A stretch of 64,000 nt of DNA from a virus. Its lineage: Duplodnaviria > Caudoviricetes. Positions 59,740 to 64,000 of the stretch are shown piece after piece. The stretch is from IMG/VR virus record IMGVR_UViG_3300008255_000118, positions 24,333 through 88,332 of that record, one strand, 5' to 3'. Under the pieces are notes generated by a model. It made no database searches. It was given only the letters and a program-made list of their open reading frames with translations, and was not told the DNA's origin. The first letter of the stretch is position 1, and each line of letters opens with the position of its first letter. Both the position numbers and the translations under genes were made by a program.

Positions 59740-60126
59740 TTATTTTAATGTCTTCTTATGTTTCTTGGCACTCTCCATCCATTTCTTGATCTCCTCATTC
59801 TTTTTCTTGTGTTGGCTAGTATCATGGTGCCTATCAAACTCTGAAGTATGGTGTTCATTTCTTTTGCCTTCTGTCTTTTCATTATAATCTAAATGGGCAT
59901 ATGAGGCATCATCATGGTCTTTAGAGGTGTATTTCTTTTCAGCCATTGCATTGTGTGTTTCATATACTGGTTTCCCTGATTTGGTATGACCAATGATCTT
60001 TCCTCCTCTAGACCCTTCACCACCTTTTTCTAGAATCATAAATCCTCTTAGAATAGATTCACCTTTCTTTAAGTTAAAATCTTGTTGTAGAGATTCTTCT
60101 CTGTTTTTTCTAATACCTAAGTTCAT
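59740..60126 (-). CDS. Putative internal head protein (double leader, LKKG/LEKG, His-rich)
   Basis: MNLGIRKNREESLQQDFNLKKG...LEKG-GEGSRGGKIIGHTKSGKPVY. Confidence 0.65.
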   Translation of the reverse strand: MNLGIRKNREESLQQDFNLKKGESILRGFMILEKGGEGSRGGKIIGHTKSGKPVYETHNAMAEKKYTSKDHDDASYAHLDYNEKTEGKRNEHHTSEFDRHHDTSQHKKKNEEIKKWMESAKKHKKTLK

Positions 60127-60137
60127 AACTATTATTT

Positions 60138-61856
60138 TTATTTTGTTAACATCTGTAGAGCATCTGCTAGCATAGGGTTCTCTTTCATACCTAATGGTAA
60201 GTTGTTCATAGTGGCCTTTACAAAGTCTTCTGAATTTTGATCTGGGTCTTCAAAATCTAGAGTGTCCCATACATTACCTTCAGCCTCTTGAGTATTATCT
60301 TGAGACTGGCCGCCAAACATTGCTGATTGTTCCTGTGTTGATATTCTTTGAATATACTGAGCATTTAGTGGGAAGTCTCCTTTCTCTAGATCTTCTGGGA
60401 GATTCATTGCTCTTCTCCACTCTCTATATCCCATACCATTCTGAACTTTCTTGTTTAAGAGCTCTACTTGTTTTTCCTCAGAGTCAGCATCTACACCTAC
60501 AAAGACAAACTCAAAATCATCACTTAGTCTTGATACTAGATACTTATTAATCCAAGACTCTATCGACTTTAGTAATGGCTTTAGACCCTTATCTCTAGAA
60601 TACTCTAGTCTAGTCTTTGAATCAGAGCCAAACATTGAACTACCACCGCCTGCATTTCCCAAATTAAAGCCCACCTCTTCTGGAGCTATCTTAAAAATAG
60701 CACAGGCTACTTTAATCAAGTATTCTTGCCATTGAGCAAACTGCATATCAGTATTCTTAGACTGTAAGTCTACCCAGTCCATACTATCACTCTCCATTAC
60801 TGGTATTTTCCAAGCATTGTCTACTCCAGCTACCATTGATTGCCAAGATTGTCTGAACTCAGCTAATCTGTTTCTATTAGCTCCTGGAGCTATTTTAATG
60901 ATACCTTTTGGAGAACTGCCTTGAGAGAAGAATTTACCATTATACGTGTCTGAGTACAACATCCAGGTTATGATCTTGATAAGTTGCTCTATTTCAGAGT
61001 TACCATATCCGTTCATATTAATGTCTGTAGATTCATTCCTGACCCCAAAACATAGTTGCCATGGATAGTACTCAGCTACAATCTGTTGTTCTATTACCTG
61101 TACATAAGATGGGTAATAGCCCTTTATTTTCTTTTTATCTGAGAAGTTTTTGTCATCTCTATCATCATCATATGAATCAGCTATGTAGATAGTGCCTGAG
61201 TCCACAGCTAAATATTCAACGGGATCTCCCTTTCTATCCTCCACTACTTCAAAACAAGCTTGATCCATTTCAAATGAATCAGCTACAAGTTTTTTAAGGA
61301 AAGAGTCAAATGCATCCCCATGCCATTTGTTATCCAGAGTACCTCCATTTAGAATAAATTCAGTAATTCTTTGTATTTCTTTTTTGTCAACATCTGTGAT
61401 ATCAGGCTGTTCATCTGAGTAAAATTGTCTCTTTCTTCTAACTACAAAGCCTGTACTATATCTATTTGATTGTGGAGCCGAAAAGGCACTTACCTGTGCT
61501 TGTCTAGTTGATATAATTGCTCTAACAATCGGAGTCTTAGACATAACTCTGAGAGTACTATTATCTAACTTAAGTCTCTTTCTTCTATACCCTTCAGCAT
61601 CATCCCATCTATATGGGTTTACTAGAAGACTTTTCTTGTTCCCTCTCTCCCTCTCCATTACTCCCTGTAAGAAGGCAGTTGCCTTAACTAAAGTTTCAGC
61701 ATCGTTAGATTGTAAGCCACTCTTAATCAAGAGTTGTTCCTGTGCCTCTAGTTTAGCCTTTTCTAGTTCAATATTATCAAGTGTAATTCTTCTATCAGCA
61801 CCTTGTCCTGAAACTGTCCCATTACTAGTACTTGTAGTTACGTAATTATAGATCAT
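60138..61856 (-). CDS. Portal protein
   Basis: I.TR..QV, D....DQ..FE, YG.SEIE, N..FFSQG..PKG, W...L.K..CA.F...P.E.GF, GL.PLL..IE..IN. Confidence 0.92.
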   Translation of the reverse strand: MIYNYVTTSTSNGTVSGQGADRRITLDNIELEKAKLEAQEQLLIKSGLQSNDAETLVKATAFLQGVMERERGNKKSLLVNPYRWDDAEGYRRKRLKLDNSTLRVMSKTPIVRAIISTRQAQVSAFSAPQSNRYSTGFVVRRKRQFYSDEQPDITDVDKKEIQRITEFILNGGTLDNKWHGDAFDSFLKKLVADSFEMDQACFEVVEDRKGDPVEYLAVDSGTIYIADSYDDDRDDKNFSDKKKIKGYYPSYVQVIEQQIVAEYYPWQLCFGVRNESTDINMNGYGNSEIEQLIKIITWMLYSDTYNGKFFSQGSSPKGIIKIAPGANRNRLAEFRQSWQSMVAGVDNAWKIPVMESDSMDWVDLQSKNTDMQFAQWQEYLIKVACAIFKIAPEEVGFNLGNAGGGSSMFGSDSKTRLEYSRDKGLKPLLKSIESWINKYLVSRLSDDFEFVFVGVDADSEEKQVELLNKKVQNGMGYREWRRAMNLPEDLEKGDFPLNAQYIQRISTQEQSAMFGGQSQDNTQEAEGNVWDTLDFEDPDQNSEDFVKATMNNLPLGMKENPMLADALQMLTK

Positions 61857-62224
61857 TAGATACTAATCTTATGTTTTTTAACTTGGCCCTCTATAAAGTT
61901 ATACTGTAGTTCTACTGCATCCTTATGAAGACTATTTCCTACTCTTTGATCAAAAGCTATACTAACATTGAAGGGCAGTCTAGTTTTTACCTTCCACTGA
62001 TCTCTGCCTAGTACAGTATCAAGATGTTGTTGTACTGCTACTCTTACATTTGATGGAGCTTCTGGCAGTTCCTTAATAACTAAATCATGATCTGAATACT
62101 TTCTAGTTGTTACTACACAACGTAAGTAGATCACTCCTTGAATATCTACAATGTTATACTTCACACCACTACTTGATAATTCAGATGTGTATTCTTCAAA
62201 AGGTACTGCTATTAGTTGTTTCAT
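61856..62224 (-). CDS. Hypothetical protein
   Basis: 122-aa ORF coupled to portal. Confidence 0.55.
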   Translation of the reverse strand: MKQLIAVPFEEYTSELSSSGVKYNIVDIQGVIYLRCVVTTRKYSDHDLVIKELPEAPSNVRVAVQQHLDTVLGRDQWKVKTRLPFNVSIAFDQRVGNSLHKDAVELQYNFIEGQVKKHKISI

Positions 62225-62284
62225 ATTTCTAAATCTGTATAGACAGTCTAAATATAATTAAACTTAACTAAATTCTATAGTAAA

Positions 62285-62767
62285 TCATTTCTTTTTAAAA
62301 GCACTGATACCTCCTCTTACGGCTCTATCGCCAAAATATGCTCCATTGATAGTTAAGAAAAGCGTTTCTAACATAGATACATAATTTTCTGGCACAGGCT
62401 TAGCTCCGAAATAATCAGCTACGATTAAAACCAATATTAAGAACCAGCTAAAAAGTAATATAATAGGTCTCACGTTTTTTGATAGCCAAGAATCCGAAGA
62501 CATATCTGTTTGCCAACGTGAGGTTATTTGCTTAGCGTTTTCAAGTTGTGCATCTATATCTATCTTATAAAACTCCAAAGCCTGTTTCTTTACCTCTTCA
62601 GGCAAAGTGCTATCGCCTTGTATAAGGTCGTGTAGGGTGTTTAAAAATGGAATACCTGTAACACTCCCCGCAACACTAAAAGCCTTGCCTATGAGGTCTG
62701 ATTTGCCTAATGAGCGAATGAAATCGCCTAGCTTAGTTGTGCCGTGTTCATCTTTGTACTTTGCCAT
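62285..62767 (-). CDS. Holin (3TM/GTA-release type); likely start is the ATG at 62767
   Basis: DSWLSKNVRP followed by two hydrophobic segments and YFG.R. Confidence 0.8.
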   Translation of the reverse strand: MAKYKDEHGTTKLGDFIRSLGKSDLIGKAFSVAGSVTGIPFLNTLHDLIQGDSTLPEEVKKQALEFYKIDIDAQLENAKQITSRWQTDMSSDSWLSKNVRPIILLFSWFLILVLIVADYFGAKPVPENYVSMLETLFLTINGAYFGDRAVRGGISAFKKK

Positions 62768-62769
62768 AA

Positions 62770-62931
62770 TCAGGCTAAACAACAATCAGGGTAAACAATA
62801 ATTAAGGTAAGCACTAAAACCAAGCAAAAGAATAAAGCTATAGGCCGCTTGTTTTTGTTTAGCCAATTACTAGCAACGCTAAATGCCTTGCTTAATTTAG
62901 AAGTTCCGTGTTCGTTTGTGTGTTTTTTCAT
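62770..62931 (-). CDS. 53-aa internally deleted holin paralog (candidate antiholin), absent from ORF track
   Basis: MKKHTNEHGTSKLSKAFSVASNWLNKNKRPIALFFCLVLVLTLIIVYPDCCLA; three blocks match the adjacent holin. Confidence 0.72.
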   Translation of the reverse strand: MKKHTNEHGTSKLSKAFSVASNWLNKNKRPIALFFCLVLVLTLIIVYPDCCLA

Positions 62932-62942
62932 AATTTTAAAAT

Positions 62943-63437
62943 CTAAACGTTAAATAAATATACTTTTGGGTTTCTCTCGTAATAACAGGTATCTAGGTGA
63001 ACCCAAGTGATTGTTTCGCCTGTTTTAATTACAATATTTTCTAATCGTATTTTGCAAGGAAACAAATCCGAGTGTTCGTAGATCCAAGTTCTGACTTCAT
63101 CTGATAGCATACCTTCTACTATAAAATCAAGTCCTTTTCCTAAAGCGTGAGCAGTTAAATAAAGTAATTTTTTAGCAGTTTTACCCGCCATTATAGTACT
63201 GATATTGCTTCTAAACCCACGTTCATCAAAGATTTTTTCGCCCTTTTTAGCATAATGCCAGTTATTAACCGTTATAAATCTATCAAGACCTTCCCTAACG
63301 ATTAATAAGCAATGCAACGTATCTGTATCAAGTACAAACCACGAATCATCAAAGAACTTATTGTACACTTCGGGACCAACCAATTCTCGAATATCAAAAT
63401 ATTTTTTTAGTCTAGTTATTATTACTGCTCTTGTCAT
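62943..63437 (-). CDS. Endolysin, peptidase M15-like Zn peptidase
   Basis: YF...EL, RG.R, AH..GK..D, WVHLD. Confidence 0.82.
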   Translation of the reverse strand: MTRAVIITRLKKYFDIRELVGPEVYNKFFDDSWFVLDTDTLHCLLIVREGLDRFITVNNWHYAKKGEKIFDERGFRSNISTIMAGKTAKKLLYLTAHALGKGLDFIVEGMLSDEVRTWIYEHSDLFPCKIRLENIVIKTGETITWVHLDTCYYERNPKVYLFNV

Positions 63438-63441
63438 CGTA

Positions 63442-63936
63442 TTAATCTCTTACTTTATTATTCAAATCTCGAATATCAGAATGTATTTCGCTAATAGCCT
63501 GATTAAGACTTTGAATAGTAGATCTATTAGATTGCTGAACTTGATTTAGAATACCCTTCATAAAGTCAATATCTTTTTGCGTTAGTTGACTTTGCTTTAG
63601 ATCATTGTCAAAGGCTGATTTTAACAATCTTGTGTGTTCCTCGTCAGCTTGTTTTAATTGGATAAACGGACTTACATTGTTTCTACTATTCATTAATATT
63701 ACTTCATTATATTCCTCAAGAGATTTAAAACTCCTACTTTTTACATCAGCTTCGTTAAAGCCAATTGCTTTAATATAGGCAAAACTAGTAACGATAGTTC
63801 CACCTATCGCTATTATAATAACTGCATTTTTAAACAAAAAGGAGCCCCTAGAAACTAGTATATGAGTACCATCTTTGATGGATTTTAGAATTCCTTTATC
63901 TTTTAAATCTTCTTTTTCTGTAAATTGTGGTTCCAT
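63442..63936 (-). CDS. Single-TM coiled-coil protein in lysis region
   Basis: AVIIIAIGGTIVTSFAYI hydrophobic segment and C-terminal coiled coil. Confidence 0.55.
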   Translation of the reverse strand: MEPQFTEKEDLKDKGILKSIKDGTHILVSRGSFLFKNAVIIIAIGGTIVTSFAYIKAIGFNEADVKSRSFKSLEEYNEVILMNSRNNVSPFIQLKQADEEHTRLLKSAFDNDLKQSQLTQKDIDFMKGILNQVQQSNRSTIQSLNQAISEIHSDIRDLNNKVRD

Positions 63937-63955
63937 CTTTAAAAATAAAATAAAA

Positions 63956-64000
63956 TTAGTTTATGTAACTTATTAAATATTGTTTTAAGGTAACACCCGC
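63956..64000 (-). CDS. 3' end of a gene entering from the window edge
   Basis: Open frame AGVTLKQYLISYIN then TAA at 63956. Confidence 0.35.
   Translation of the reverse strand, partial: AGVTLKQYLISYIN

Noticed and set aside
62768-62785. TTG start for the holin at 62785 given by the ORF track
   Set aside because: That stretch is the 3' end of the mini-holin ORF; the ATG at 62767 aligns with the mini-holin N-terminus
1021-63549. All plus-strand ORFs in the track (e.g. 1021-1380, 49006-49455, 55953-56525)
   Set aside because: Each lies antisense within a well-supported minus-strand gene and shows no recognisable motifs; shadow ORFs
1-64000. Alternative genetic code (TAG read as Gln), prompted by in-frame TAGs at 39281 and 58260
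   Set aside because: Long early and late genes are intact in the standard code, and TAG ends several genes right before the next start (e.g. sbcD to recA)
1-64000. tRNA, rRNA, integrase or transposase genes
   Set aside because: No recognisable signatures, and intergenic gaps are mostly too short; a tRNAscan/Infernal run would be needed to exclude small RNAs

Overview
A 64-kb segment of a large, AT-rich, contractile-tailed dsDNA phage. Every credible gene is on the minus strand; the plus-strand ORFs look like shadows. In transcription order (right to left) the window holds: a lysis cassette (M15 endolysin, 3TM-type holin, and an unannotated 53-aa mini-paralog of the holin); portal; an ~9-kb array of probable virion-internal cargo genes; MuF-like head protein; prohead protease/scaffold; major capsid; neck; sheath; tube; chaperones; tape measure; baseplate; a DEDDh exonuclease; an intein-containing terminase; DnaB helicase; primase; a complete 7-deazaguanine cluster (dpdA-like, NMP-kinase-like, mazG, queF, queC, queD, queE, folE); an intein-containing DnaE polymerase; and a recombination operon (UvsY-like, SSB, SbcD, RecA, SbcC, RuvC). 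The head/tail module resembles the Twort/SPO1 (Herelleviridae-like) layout. A Bacteroidota host is inferred from A-rich translation starts without Shine-Dalgarno sequences, a Zn-less QueC and the lysis gene types. The strongest leads are: (1) a cargo array whose members share a leader, an L-x-K-[AGS] putative protease site and a repeated G..W module, including a HEXXH protease-ParB fusion and an ATPase with a class-3 intein; (2) a deazaguanine cluster that adds MazG and a kinase, suggesting pre-replicative dG replacement; (3) the mini-holin; (4) a repeated AGTATA-N5-TATACT intergenic palindrome. All calls come from motif reading by eye; no database searches were run.
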